In this document: piece after piece, positions 29,901 to 39,922 of the stretch
How the letters are laid out: each line of letters starts with the position of its first letter
Numbering within the stretch: the stretch's first letter is position 1
NCBI GenBank assembly: GCA_044226015.1
Contig: JBGAHS010000003.1
Coordinates: 64,001-128,000 of the forward strand
Source: Candidatus Obscuribacteraceae bacterium
GTDB lineage: Bacteria > Cyanobacteriota > Vampirovibrionia > Obscuribacterales > Obscuribacteraceae
Direction of reading: 5' to 3'
DNA: 64,000 nt
Notes under the pieces: model-generated
Database searches by the model: none
What the model saw: only the letters and a program-made list of their open reading frames with translations
What the model was told of the DNA's origin: nothing
Program-made: the position numbers and the translations under genes

Positions 29901-31039
29901 CCAAGCTACAAAACCACGTTGCTGAAATAGCAGCTCAAGAGAAAATGACCATGCTGATTCCATCACTTGAAAAACTATCCGCGAACGACACTATTCCCCC
30001 ACAAACACGCGAAGCAGCAAGAAATAGCTTGCAAATTCTCAAAGAAATTACGCCCCAGACCATCGATACCAACAGCAGCGAAACTACGTTCAGCAGCCAG
30101 CTCGCCGAACAAAACAACGCAGAAACATCAAACAAAAATGAAACCATAACAGAAGGCTCGAAGCAACTAGCGCAAATCGAAGAGATTTTTCCACGACTGA
30201 AAACATTTAAGAATGAAGAAAGAGATGAGTTTCTAAAATCAAACGACCTTTCACTACTCATCCATGACGAATTCATAAAAGAAGCTCAACGCCGCGTGCA
30301 AAGCCGCTGGGGCAAGAAGAGCATGTTGGGCTTCGAAGCCAAAGAAGATCCACAAGTCACAATGCGGGCTCTACAAACAGAAAGAGAGTTTCAGTTTAAG
30401 CGCCTTGTTGACCGTGTAAAAAGCGCACCACTAGTCTCGGACGAATCTACAAAAACCCAAGTGGAATGCGCGAAACTGACCCTAGCCGAGATAGCAACAA
30501 ATGCGGGGCGACCAATCGAATCAGAACGAAAAGAATACATTCTCGCGGTGAATCATGATGCGGGTCAAATCGCAACATATTATTTCAATGAGTCAGCACT
30601 GGGTGAGCGAAATTGGCACAATGAAGCCGCTGAAGCACTAGCACAGTCAGCAGCAGCCATGCCACAACAGTTCAGCTTTGACGCCCACATATTGCATTCG
30701 CTTCTTTCTTCGAAAACCAATCTGAACGCAAACTCAATGTCCTCCATCTATACAGCATGGAACAAGATCTCCGGAAAAGGCGACGCTTACGGCGCAAGGT
30801 CAATTGACAAAGCACTAGTCAGAACAACCCTGCAAAATGCACTGGAATCCATCGATTCCTCCGCGTCAAAACTGCAAGCAGACCTGAGCAATGACGAGGA
30901 AGCGACAGCACACGCGCAAAGCATTTATTCCAGGATAGAACTGGCTGAAAGACGCCAACAGCAACATAGAGAACTCGAAGCTTTCAACAAGTTGCAAGCG
31001 CAAATCGTCGCCGCCCTTGCTTCACAGGAAAACCGATAG
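26957..31039 (+). CDS. Very large hypothetical protein: central Gly/Ala-rich hydrophobic helices and HEAT-like helical repeats
   Basis: 1360-aa ORF; DIGWDLSMFASGLGTLG...; STRVNAAETLLLLG; LIPSLEKLSANDTIPPQTREAARNSL. Confidence 0.75.
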   Translation: MAESHDGEESRNRLKETSKHDASAALLEDTLRTDGEKKEQKENSSDPAPTKLPDVEFSDTEKQLIAKHYQNEILAHYEQISDWEKQKSSSGPREQSISPRADLQKELDNNTWGVASENALAEFVEWLRKDALPQNSRELKAAGLKAQDQNLNAFTSDLNFTGEPRIPNKAEVFKIETLIDIGNRATEQIQQNVQEQSYQRDLKRIGAGIPASWSLTDGQDPADYRIALRHGIAFHDRVYSAALMAYSLNKLGEHFELPAGVEVTEQQGKLDVKIDLPERLNQLSFDSRVSGYNAWVDSISNRLKKDDAALRAAGSNPFLNLSISNTTISKEVNEDGQFLSKQVLLDDDGKLIRFASSTESTRTVQTSADMSAHRFSAWRTEGSNPNSDVIAEITVQAQESRPGYDLLNKDIGDPFKLVQTLKADDPVVYNGKLINARELPELELKDKASMAAQKATDIGWDLSMFASGLGTLGKIRTGASFIAEQTGKELVSELATKSTANGLSGMNLAAVHAATETLMGAGGFLASNTWGEQNANWINSIRGTYFTANIFGSAVSSRFNRILHGTEEFQASINKTAPTWLKQASDFSAISMQVLTPLSVAPMLYEAAKRYQENNKEQKEKHQLNPLIIESNAAAGLDTAVSQNRSKAQVGEMSLVQQSAILQETLNHTEHQSDIMNALSNAGRHTPLRLLDNLYQEKIKLEQAQENANTNIWNEKANYFGNSYDDVLKSIAKFTKENSDAQAKSASALTYFFAKQLENSTDKALSFNAQLAQIDNFRSKIDEHKNDAETIEFKLNLDRLENESLTELVKYESKRHNTAQQLNQNLQAIRSDAVLAGKTAESVLTNALETPINDSDKDDSISTRVNAAETLLLLGNNDTELRERVSKALSDSVKLATAEQLIRIIDVTKAENLSDFTANTDTQTNILNRFPSADEASNSPRAQALTIEIANLYPKFTNELKGELQSRLISILEHQSYSIGLSKLQNHVAEIAAQEKMTMLIPSLEKLSANDTIPPQTREAARNSLQILKEITPQTIDTNSSETTFSSQLAEQNNAETSNKNETITEGSKQLAQIEEIFPRLKTFKNEERDEFLKSNDLSLLIHDEFIKEAQRRVQSRWGKKSMLGFEAKEDPQVTMRALQTEREFQFKRLVDRVKSAPLVSDESTKTQVECAKLTLAEIATNAGRPIESERKEYILAVNHDAGQIATYYFNESALGERNWHNEAAEALAQSAAAMPQQFSFDAHILHSLLSSKTNLNANSMSSIYTAWNKISGKGDAYGARSIDKALVRTTLQNALESIDSSASKLQADLSNDEEATAHAQSIYSRIELAERRQQQHRELEAFNKLQAQIVAALASQENR

Positions 31040-31104
31040 CGCAAGTTGAATCTGCACAAAGCGCAAGATGATATCATGTGAGCTCCCTAACCAGGTGGTA
31101 AAAC

Positions 31105-32949
31105 ATGAAATCCTTTCTTCCCATAGCTTTGTCTCTTGGAATATTGGCTTCTTCAACAATGGCAATTTCGAAGGAATCAGTTTCTAACAAGGAGCCCAAG
31201 CAGAAGACAAGACTTGCTGCAAATGAAAGTCATCATTCGCTGGTTAATTGGGAAACCTGGACAGATGATCTGTTTCAGCGCGCAAAGAAAGAAAAGAAAT
31301 TGGTTGTGCTTGACCTCGAAGCTGTGTGGTGTCACTGGTGTCACGTGATGGACCAGAAAACATACTCAGACCCCGCTGTGGCAAAAGTAATGAAAGACCA
31401 CTTCATTGCAGTAAAAGTTGACCAGGACTCAAGACCTGATTTATCCAATCGATATGAAGACTACGGCTGGCCCGCAACAATATTTTTTGACTCAAATGGC
31501 AAAGAACTAGCCAAACGTGCCGGCTACATTGAAAAAGACGAGATGCTCACGCTTCTCGAATCACTTGTGAAAAATCCTGTTCCAGAAGAAAAGGAAGAAC
31601 AAAAAGCTGAAATCAAGTTTTCCACTGATGCAGCATTGAGTAAAGCAATTCGCAGCGAACTTCTGAGCAATCACAAGAAGTATTACGATAACAAGGAAGG
31701 TGGCTGGCAAACCAACCATAAATTCCTCGACGCCGACAGCATCGAACTCGCTTTAACGTTGGCAAAAGCCGGCGACAAAACAGAAGCACAGATGGCAAAA
31801 CAAACACTAACGCAACAGTTGAATCTGATTGATCCCATCTGGGGCGGCGTTTACCAGTACTCCACCAACAGCGACTGGAAGCATCAGCACTTCGAAAAAA
31901 TCATGACAGTCCAAAACGATAACTTGCGAATCTACTCGCTTGCCTATCTATACTTCAAGGACCCGCGCTTTCTAAAAGCCGCGGAAGATGTGGCCAAATA
32001 TCTGCATAACTTCATGCAAAGCCCAGACGGAACGTTCTACACAAGCCAGGACGCCGATGTTAAACAAGGAGAGCACAGCGGAGAGTATTTCAAGCTCAAC
32101 GATGCAGCACGCCGAAAAATCGGAATTCCCCGCATTGATAAGAACATCTACTCTCGTGAGAATGGCTGGGCCATAGCCGGTCTTACCGCACTCTACATGG
32201 CTAGCGGTTCACAAAAGTATCTTGATGACGCAATCAAAGCAACCGATTGGATAACAAAAAATCGCTCGCTGCCCGGTGGCGGATTCATGCACGGTCCCTC
32301 GGATAAATCAGGACCATACCTGGGCGACACGCTGCGCATGGGCGAAGCTTACATGAGCCTCTATCAAGCAACAGCCAATAGAGAGTGGCTCAAGAAAGCA
32401 GAAGATGCAGCCAACTTCATCAATTCTCACTTTAAAGACGATAAGAGCAAAGCAGGTTTTCTTACAGCAGATCCCTCGCACTCTCCGATGCACCGCCCAG
32501 CAGCCTTGCTTGACGAGAACGTGGCCATGGTCAAATTCACTAACATGTTATTTCACTACTCGGCGAAAAAAGAGTATAAGGAAATGGCAGAACGAAGCAT
32601 GCGCTACCTAGCAACACCAGAAATTGCACATGAGAGAAAAATGCTTGTAGGTGGCGTTCTGCTAGCCGACCGCGAGCTAGCCAGCCCGCCGGCTCATATA
32701 ACGATTGTAGGTAGCAAGAAAGACCCCGCTGCAAAAGCGCTCTTCCAGGGAGCAAACAAATATCCCGTAGCGTACAAAAGAGTCGAATGGTTCGACCCTA
32801 AAGAAGGCAAGATGCCAAACCCAGATACAGACTACCCTGAAATGCCAAAGGCAGCCGCTTTTGCTTGCGCAAATCAGCGTTGCTCTCTGCCCGTCTACAC
32901 GCCAGATGCAATTGCTGCACAAGTAGATAAAACAATGAACACAAAATGA
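31105..32949 (+). CDS. YyaL/DUF255 family thioredoxin-domain protein with a signal peptide
   Basis: VNWETW, WCHWCHVM, VKVDQDSRPDL, GWPATIF, HFEKIM, FYTSQDAD, C-terminal CANQRCSLP. Confidence 0.88.
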   Translation: MKSFLPIALSLGILASSTMAISKESVSNKEPKQKTRLAANESHHSLVNWETWTDDLFQRAKKEKKLVVLDLEAVWCHWCHVMDQKTYSDPAVAKVMKDHFIAVKVDQDSRPDLSNRYEDYGWPATIFFDSNGKELAKRAGYIEKDEMLTLLESLVKNPVPEEKEEQKAEIKFSTDAALSKAIRSELLSNHKKYYDNKEGGWQTNHKFLDADSIELALTLAKAGDKTEAQMAKQTLTQQLNLIDPIWGGVYQYSTNSDWKHQHFEKIMTVQNDNLRIYSLAYLYFKDPRFLKAAEDVAKYLHNFMQSPDGTFYTSQDADVKQGEHSGEYFKLNDAARRKIGIPRIDKNIYSRENGWAIAGLTALYMASGSQKYLDDAIKATDWITKNRSLPGGGFMHGPSDKSGPYLGDTLRMGEAYMSLYQATANREWLKKAEDAANFINSHFKDDKSKAGFLTADPSHSPMHRPAALLDENVAMVKFTNMLFHYSAKKEYKEMAERSMRYLATPEIAHERKMLVGGVLLADRELASPPAHITIVGSKKDPAAKALFQGANKYPVAYKRVEWFDPKEGKMPNPDTDYPEMPKAAAFACANQRCSLPVYTPDAIAAQVDKTMNTK

Positions 32950-32964
32950 GGAAGAAGAATTAAA

Positions 32965-33204
32965 ATGACAGAACCAGTAATTGCAGATCGCAAGCCTTGC
33001 ATTCTGGACCTGAAAGCAGGAACATACTGGTGGTGCAAATGTGGAAGATCCGCTTCGCAACCGTGGTGCGATGGTTCACATGAAGGCACAGAGTTCGAAC
33101 CAGTAAAGGTTGAACTGATAAAGGATTCCCGTTTAGCTCTCTGCTTGTGCAAATATACTAAGCATGAACCTAACTGCGATGGACAACACTCAAAACTTCC
33201 TTAA
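32965..33204 (+). CDS. CDGSH iron-sulfur protein with two CDGSH motifs (MiNT-like)
   Basis: WCKCGRSASQPWCDGSH and LCLCKYTKHEPNCDGQH. Confidence 0.93.
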   Translation: MTEPVIADRKPCILDLKAGTYWWCKCGRSASQPWCDGSHEGTEFEPVKVELIKDSRLALCLCKYTKHEPNCDGQHSKLP

Positions 33205-34054
33205 AAGCCTGTTTCTAGGAACAAGCCTGGCACTTCTGTCCATAACTTTTCTGGCGCCAGACAGCCTTGCCTTCGACCAGAAACACACTCTATTTACTTC
33301 TCAGCTACAAAAATTCGTTAAAGCAAACGGCGACATCGATTACGCAAAATGGAAAAAAGACAGAGCAGGACTGGACAAATACCTTCAGGAACTATCCGAG
33401 CTTCCCGAAGCAGAATACAAAACTTTCTCCAAGAAAGAGAAGCGCTCTCTCTGGCTAAATGCTTACAACGCTCTTGCCATCAAATTGGTTCTAGACCATT
33501 ACCCAATTCATGGCAGCATCAAAAACTACCCCAGCAACAGCATTCGCCAGATTCCCAACACCTGGGATGCTGTTAAATATAGGATCGTCGGGCGAGAAGC
33601 GTCGCTCTACACCATAGAACATGAGTATCTCCGTAAAGCAAAAGATTGCCGCATCCACTTTGCTGTCACTCCAGCATCTCATGGCGGCGCGCCCCTGCCA
33701 AGAAAAGCCTTTAATGCTCGCTCTGTAGACGACGAACTTGCGAAATTAACTCAACAGTTCATGGCGAAACCAGAAAATCTAAGTTGCGATATTGAGAAAG
33801 GCACAATCACCGTCTCTCAAATCTTTAAGTGGTTCCCCCTCGATTTCATCGATGGCACTGGACCCCTGCCGATGCCTCCGCCACCCGATGATGATGTTGT
33901 AAAAACCTATGTGATGAACTTCCTTCCCCCTCGCTCGCGCAAACAGCTGGAAGGAAAAGATGTACACATAATCTATGCACCGTATGACTGGTCTTTGAAC
34001 GATACAAACAAGTCCGCCGAAAGCCCCAGAGAATCAGCCCCGGACTATCTGTAA
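33164..34054 (+). CDS. DUF547 domain exported protein
   Basis: WLNAYNALAI, IEHEYLR, RIHFA, VSQIFKWF..DF, YDWSLN; start may be ATG 33179. Confidence 0.88.
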   Translation: MNLTAMDNTQNFLKSLFLGTSLALLSITFLAPDSLAFDQKHTLFTSQLQKFVKANGDIDYAKWKKDRAGLDKYLQELSELPEAEYKTFSKKEKRSLWLNAYNALAIKLVLDHYPIHGSIKNYPSNSIRQIPNTWDAVKYRIVGREASLYTIEHEYLRKAKDCRIHFAVTPASHGGAPLPRKAFNARSVDDELAKLTQQFMAKPENLSCDIEKGTITVSQIFKWFPLDFIDGTGPLPMPPPPDDDVVKTYVMNFLPPRSRKQLEGKDVHIIYAPYDWSLNDTNKSAESPRESAPDYL

Positions 34055-34100
34055 ATTCAACTTAGTGTGAATCAAACAAATCGAAGCGGAACAACTCAGC

Positions 34101-35255
34101 TCACTCTTGCGGCGGCTCTTGATTGGCAGCATCAGCCTTCCTCGTAAGCGCTTCAATGATGAAATTAGTGGCAAGCACTTGTCTCAAACTTATGCCCCCT
34201 CCCGGCGTTGGGTCAGGCAGCATCTGCGGCTTGAAGGAATTTGAACAGTTGTCGAAATGCCCAACAAGATGCAACACTTTGCCGCGCCCAAAGGAGAATT
34301 CGACAGCCAGCGCTCCAGCTAACATGGGGTCAGGCAAGACTCGCAATTGCGGATCTTGCCGCGACAGATGAGCGCTTCGCGCAATTAAATGCACCTTGTC
34401 TTGCCGCAGAATTCGCACACACTGGCTCAGCTTGTCCAACTTCCAGGTGAACATTCGTCCGTTTAATCCACGCAATAATCCAGAGTCAGGCTCAACGATG
34501 AAAGCATCAGTTATTACCCCCTCAGTGTTATCACGGTTCCACTGCACATAGCCTGGAAAACACTGTTCCAAAACATTTTGCAGCCCCCAATCAGTGGTAA
34601 GTAAATAGCCACCTCTGGCTACAAAATCACGAACTTTTTGAAAGCTAGTTCTAGGTATTTCGCCAGCACAATCGATGATCAACACTTTCGCTTTGTCAAA
34701 AGGAAATTCGCTCATTTCCTTCGTCTTAATAGCTTTGTACTTGAGCCCTAACGAATGCAACGGCTTGTCGGAATCATCCCATTGCCCATGTATCAGGAGA
34801 ATGGAATCGGAATTATTCTCTGCAGATAACAAAAAACCAGGATTATTTGTCTCAACGAAAGCCTTAAATACAGCTGGCTGCACAATCTGATTGACCACAG
34901 CCTTTTGCAGAAAGAACCGCGCATCAGCCTCAAGCCGCTGCACCTCCATACTTCTTGCAGCAGTCGCCGCCGCAAGCGAAGACGAAGTCTGCGCTGGTCG
35001 AGTATGAACAGCTGTCGCACTTCCCTGCAAGATTGGACGGCTCGCGCCCTGCCCGCCATCTTCTTTAGGCATGATGATATGGTCTGCCTGTGAATCATCC
35101 AGAATAACAGTGTTTTGCCCGTGACCTGGAACTGCTTTGGGCGCAGGTTTGTCTTCTTCCCAATCTGAAGCCACACCGCTCGTAAATGGCACAAGAGCCA
35201 AAAGCAATGAAACAAGAACTGTGTTTCTCTTTAGCACACTCACCAGAGACGCCAT
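34101..35255 (-). CDS. Exported hypothetical protein with a class-I glutamine-amidotransferase-like fold
   Basis: Signal peptide; KVLIIDCAG, VRDFVARGGYLLTTDWGL, FGRGKVLHLVGHF. Confidence 0.6.
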   Translation of the reverse strand: MASLVSVLKRNTVLVSLLLALVPFTSGVASDWEEDKPAPKAVPGHGQNTVILDDSQADHIIMPKEDGGQGASRPILQGSATAVHTRPAQTSSSLAAATAARSMEVQRLEADARFFLQKAVVNQIVQPAVFKAFVETNNPGFLLSAENNSDSILLIHGQWDDSDKPLHSLGLKYKAIKTKEMSEFPFDKAKVLIIDCAGEIPRTSFQKVRDFVARGGYLLTTDWGLQNVLEQCFPGYVQWNRDNTEGVITDAFIVEPDSGLLRGLNGRMFTWKLDKLSQCVRILRQDKVHLIARSAHLSRQDPQLRVLPDPMLAGALAVEFSFGRGKVLHLVGHFDNCSNSFKPQMLPDPTPGGGISLRQVLATNFIIEALTRKADAANQEPPQE

Positions 35256-35273
35256 AGACTTCGATCTGTTCCA

Positions 35274-36635
35274 TTATATGGCAACGAGATCAACTCTCGG
35301 AAAACGGGGTTGCTCGACATAAGTCGGCGAATTGCCGGCACTATTCTGAACAGTGCTAAAGAACTGCCTGGCTAAATTCAGGTCGCTTGGTTTCTCTGAA
35401 AATACATGCGCTAATGCCAATCTTCCTGGAACCAGGAAAATGGAACTGAACCTCGATGCTCTTCCTTTTTCAGGGTCACCCTGAGTCATGAATGTTCGTC
35501 TCCAAATTTTTCCTGTCGTATCCTCATCCACGAACGTGCCAATATTGGCTTGCAATTCGTCGAGCTCTAGCACAGCTTCAGCAACAGGCATGATATTGCC
35601 TGCACTGTCACCATAGGTAGGATACGTGGTGAACCAGATCATCATGTCTTCGCCAGCAAACTGCCAGGTATGATTTCTGGTCTGAGGGTCGAACTGCGCT
35701 GTCTCGGAGAAATTACCGGGCACGAGAGCAGACCAGCCCTGGTCCATGAAAGCACGAACTTCACGTCTTCTATAACCAATCGGCTCACTGGCTGCGGTGC
35801 TGCTTGCCTTCTCGAAAACCATATTCCGCAACTCGTCATCAGCATTCGAAAACGCAATAATTTCAGCCCATTCCCGCCACGGATAATTGAGCTTAGGGTC
35901 CAATTTGTAAGAAGCCGAAAGTAGCTGCATTACTGTGTTAAGCAGCGATGCGTCACCATCACCCATCGGCGGACACCAGCGGACATCAGTCCACATGTAA
36001 GAAAGCGCTTTGTTCAGGAGAAACTCCGGACCAACTCCTGCGTTCAGCCAGGGGAACACGTCCGCACCTGCCCCAGGGTTTTTAATTACTTCAGCGATCC
36101 AGCTTGCACTTCGTGGACCCATAGGGGTGATAAGCGGAGCATCCGCAAAAAACTGATAAGACGGAGACATCGAAAGTGAATAGGACCCAGGCGTCTGTCC
36201 CGACATCATTGCTGCACTCGATGCCATCGATTGCAACCAAGAAAACATTTCATAGTAAGTTTGCTCAGGGTCTCCCGAGTAGAAAGTCGGGTTGGTGTGC
36301 CCATCGTCCACCTCAGGGTCCCAAGCAATGCCAAACTTACCAGCGAGCTTCCAGAGATAGTCACAAAGAAAGAGATGGTAGCCAGGACCCGCACTAACAG
36401 TGTCAGCACCAACGCCAACTGAATTGCTTTCAAAAAACCAAATTTTTAGTGGGTCTGCCGCAGGGTGAAACCGCAAGAGGACTCTTGGAAATTCATCACT
36501 TGGACTCTGCCCAAGAACTGCCCCAATTGCCATACCCGGGAACTGCTGTGAAGTCCACTCCCAGACATCATTGAACCATGATTCCAGTTCAGCTGCAGCC
36601 GCAAGCTTGCCAGTGAGATTCAGTCCAACGCCCAT
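35274..36635 (-). CDS. Hypothetical protein
   Basis: 453-aa ORF with GGAGGAG RBS. Confidence 0.75.
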   Translation of the reverse strand: MGVGLNLTGKLAAAAELESWFNDVWEWTSQQFPGMAIGAVLGQSPSDEFPRVLLRFHPAADPLKIWFFESNSVGVGADTVSAGPGYHLFLCDYLWKLAGKFGIAWDPEVDDGHTNPTFYSGDPEQTYYEMFSWLQSMASSAAMMSGQTPGSYSLSMSPSYQFFADAPLITPMGPRSASWIAEVIKNPGAGADVFPWLNAGVGPEFLLNKALSYMWTDVRWCPPMGDGDASLLNTVMQLLSASYKLDPKLNYPWREWAEIIAFSNADDELRNMVFEKASSTAASEPIGYRRREVRAFMDQGWSALVPGNFSETAQFDPQTRNHTWQFAGEDMMIWFTTYPTYGDSAGNIMPVAEAVLELDELQANIGTFVDEDTTGKIWRRTFMTQGDPEKGRASRFSSIFLVPGRLALAHVFSEKPSDLNLARQFFSTVQNSAGNSPTYVEQPRFPRVDLVAI

Positions 36636-36706
36636 GAGTGATCTCCTCCCGTGCCGGGCAGATCATACCTCAATCTGAGCGCTGATTTCTATTTGTCGCC
36701 AAGAGT

Positions 36707-36949
36707 TCAGGAAATTTTGCGCTTCTTGTTTCTTGCGTCCACTGGCTCTGTAGCATTAATCGCCCTTTTCAAGGCTGTAAGCGCATGAAGGTTCGGCCAG
36801 ATTACATCCTTCATTTCATCAAGCTCATAGCGACCTATCTCCGAACGTTCATATCGGCGGCAACAATCTTCCCAGAGTTCAAACAACTTTTTGGGATCAG
36901 CTAATTCTCGAGCTCGTTGCTGAAACTCTATCAGGTCAAAGGCTTCCAT
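36707..36949 (-). CDS. Small hypothetical helical protein
   Basis: 80-aa ORF with a strong GGGGAGG RBS. Confidence 0.7.
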   Translation of the reverse strand: MEAFDLIEFQQRARELADPKKLFELWEDCCRRYERSEIGRYELDEMKDVIWPNLHALTALKRAINATEPVDARNKKRKIS

Positions 36950-37399
36950 CGCCGGTCCTCCCTTTGCGCATCATCTTTAAGAATGGGGTTTTACTTTTAT
37001 CTTGTCAAATCCCTAAACCGATTCAGCACGTATTCAAAGGATGTAGACCTAACGTAGTGAAGAATAAAGCCGAGTTGTCTAAGTTTATTCGTCACCCATA
37101 TCTCCATGTTAACCAAAACTGAAATAGCGTCAATAGATCCTGACGCATCCAGGCATCTACCCAAAGCCTGAAAACACCTACAATACCTTGACTTCCGGAC
37201 GCAACAGGTCCGCAAAACTATTTTTTTGGGCCCCATGAAAAACACCGGATGTGGAGGCACTAGCTTTGGCGCAATGCAACCATAGGTGGTGAAACCATTT
37301 TATCCGCACTGCAGAAAGAGGGTCACAAATGAAACCACCAATCTTGCTCTAGGGCAATTTAATCGGATAGTCTTTCCGCTCTTGAGGAGCAACAAGATA

Positions 37400-38080
37400 A
37401 TGCCTGACGCAATTCGGATCAGAAAAGCCACCGCTACCGATGTTCCTGGCATTGTTGAAGTTTTCAGACTTTCAAGAGAGCTTTTGGACTTTCTGCCACC
37501 CCTACATTCCGAAGAGGAGGACAGAAGTTTTTTCACTTCGCAAACAGCAGAACATCAAGTATTTCTGGCAGATAGTCCCAAAAGTCTTTTAGTCGGCTTC
37601 ATCGTGTTCGACGAGGAATGGGTGCATCATTTGTATGTGTTGCCAGCTTGCCACAAACAGGGCGTAGGTAATCACACGAGATTCTTCAATCGCACCCTGA
37701 GGCAGTCACACAGGGGATCTGCCAAGCCGCGTGCCGCAGGCATTTCAAAGCGCGAGAGAAAGATGGGATTTATTTCACAAACGATCGTGTCAAATACAAG
37801 AATCGATCGGATAGTTACCTTAGGAAAGTTTGGAAGGGCAATCAAACTACCGAGGGGTGAAGGTATGAACGCAGTTGTAAGCCAGGCAAAAAGCATTTTG
37901 GGACGCTTGTCAAAACGACACAGCATCGCCACCCCAGCAAAGCAAACACACAATCAATATGCTTGCGTCGACTCGAATTCGAAATTCAACAAGTACTATT
38001 TGGAAAAGATTGCCATGCTCTCCGAGACCTCAAACAAGCCTAAACTGGAGACTATGATCAGTTTCAGCGCCCACGACTAA
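37400..38080 (+). pseudogene. Truncated GNAT acetyltransferase fused in frame to unrelated sequence
   Basis: GAGGAG RBS, IRKATATDVPGI...VGFIVFDEEWVHHLYVLPACHKQGVG, then the GNAT pattern stops at ~37669; possible separate gene from ATG 37865. Confidence 0.55.
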
Positions 38081-38101
38081 GTTTATCTGAATGGCTCAAA
38101 G

Positions 38102-38135
38102 AAAGCGTCACCGGCAACGGTGACGTTTTCTTTTT
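38102..38135. terminator. Terminator between convergent genes
   Basis: aaagcgtcaccg-gcaa-cggtgacgtttt followed by cttttt. Confidence 0.7.
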
Positions 38136-38140
38136 AAACA

Positions 38141-39922
38141 CTAGAAGGTAATGTTCATGCGCGCACCGGCTACGAAAATTCCCGGCTGCGGTCGAACACC
38201 GCCTGGCGACCAGATGTACTGAAAGTCAGGAGAGAAAGACACATTCTTGTTCATTTGCATCTTGTAGTAAACTTCGAGAGTCTTCTCGCCAGTCGCAGCG
38301 TTACCTGGCAACATTTTTGCCAGATTACTGTTCACCTGACTGAGCGTGGTTGCTGGAACTCCGTTGAGTCCCAAGAAAGCAGGGGTAGCAGGCGTGACCA
38401 AGCCGTCCCTGCGATAAGAAGCGATGCTTCCGAACGCAATGCCCAAAGTGTCATTGGGTCGCTTTTTGATGATGGACTTCATAGGAATTTCAGCACCAAT
38501 AGACCAGGCTTGGCGGGACGAAAGTAAACCGCCAAGGAAAACTTCTCCGAACTGCTGGTCATTTATGCCATAGCGACCAAAGATTCCAATGTCTTTCCAA
38601 ATTTTCTGGTCAAAATTTAGATACATTCCGGTTGGCTTGCCTCCGTATCCAGTACCGCCTGGAAGAATAGACAAGAGCCCGGCGGGGTTGATGTCCGTCG
38701 GAGTGGCAAAGGGTTGAGTAGAGCCAGAGCGAAAATTAAATTGCCAGAACCCGGCTCTAAAATTCCCCTCTCTCTTGAAGAAGCTATGCCCAAACTGCAA
38801 TTCATGGTTGGTACCATAGCCGCCGAAAAAGTCTCTGTCAGCCAAACTTATAAGCCCGCTTGTAGCTCTAACAAAAGCTCGCTCTCTAAATAAAGACTTC
38901 TGAACTTGAAAGATGGCCGAGGGTCCAATGAAGTTTGGACGCCACGAAATGTTATTGACGAACTGAGTATTCAAAAACTGCAGGGTTTCATTATTAGCTA
39001 TTGTGTTTTGATCAAATACGTTAGCGAAGTTGTTTAGACCCACCTGATAATTTCCAGTCACAGTCTTTCCGAGACGCAAATCTTGGGAGTACCAGGCTTG
39101 CTCCATCGACACAGTAGGGCGAGTACTGTTGCTGTTATTGTTGTTGATCTGCAGATTATTGATTTGAACCTCATCAATACCCGAGTTGAATGGGCTAGCA
39201 ACTGAGTCTGTCAGTGCGTTATTCGGGCTCAGAAGATATTTGTTTCGAGGAAAGAAACGGCCTGAAGCAGCAGTTAAGCGCAAGAACAATTTTGCGTCTC
39301 CAAGAGCGGAGTCTTTCTGAGCCTCTGCAACCTTTGTCTGGAAGTTGATTCGTCCACGCATAGCCGTACCGAGCGTATCAACAATTCCACGCCCACTATC
39401 GGTTTGGGGCAAGAAGGTGAAGTCTCCATTGATTTGCGTTTTTTCGAGAACAGTGAGTCGTTCGTTAAATTCGCGCCCACGTTCCTCACTTATGGCACCA
39501 GGAATGACCGTAGGCATGTCGTTTTTCGCCACTACCATTGTCATTTTGCCTTTTACTTCTTGAACGACTTCTTCAAAGTCTGCGGTCAAGCGGCCAATTT
39601 CAACATAGTCTTGCGAGTTAATCTGATCCTTATCCTGCTTGGCCAATGCAGTCACCAGGCGCCAGAAATAGGTACCAAGTTGTTGCCTGGTAGACCCCTC
39701 TGCAGGTGGTGGAAGTTTGTGACGAGCTGAGAGACTCTCAAGATCTCGACGAACAAAATTAATATCGCGCAAGGCTATAGGAGCGGTATCAGAACCGGTG
39801 GCAGCGAGCGGCTGCTGAGTACCTTGTGCGAGAAACTGAGACATGTCGGCAGCCTTACATGAAGACGCATTCAAGCCAATCCAAGCGCATACAATGATGG
39901 CTAGAAGGGTTGAGCGGCTCAT
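38141..39922 (-). CDS. Cyanobacterial-type (SomA-like/OprB family) outer-membrane porin
   Basis: Signal peptide; TRQQLG...INSQDYVEIGRLTADFEE coiled coil; FDQNTIANNETLQFLN; LEVYYKMQMNKNVSFSPDFQYI; C-terminal Phe. Confidence 0.8.
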   Translation of the reverse strand: MSRSTLLAIIVCAWIGLNASSCKAADMSQFLAQGTQQPLAATGSDTAPIALRDINFVRRDLESLSARHKLPPPAEGSTRQQLGTYFWRLVTALAKQDKDQINSQDYVEIGRLTADFEEVVQEVKGKMTMVVAKNDMPTVIPGAISEERGREFNERLTVLEKTQINGDFTFLPQTDSGRGIVDTLGTAMRGRINFQTKVAEAQKDSALGDAKLFLRLTAASGRFFPRNKYLLSPNNALTDSVASPFNSGIDEVQINNLQINNNNSNSTRPTVSMEQAWYSQDLRLGKTVTGNYQVGLNNFANVFDQNTIANNETLQFLNTQFVNNISWRPNFIGPSAIFQVQKSLFRERAFVRATSGLISLADRDFFGGYGTNHELQFGHSFFKREGNFRAGFWQFNFRSGSTQPFATPTDINPAGLLSILPGGTGYGGKPTGMYLNFDQKIWKDIGIFGRYGINDQQFGEVFLGGLLSSRQAWSIGAEIPMKSIIKKRPNDTLGIAFGSIASYRRDGLVTPATPAFLGLNGVPATTLSQVNSNLAKMLPGNAATGEKTLEVYYKMQMNKNVSFSPDFQYIWSPGGVRPQPGIFVAGARMNITF

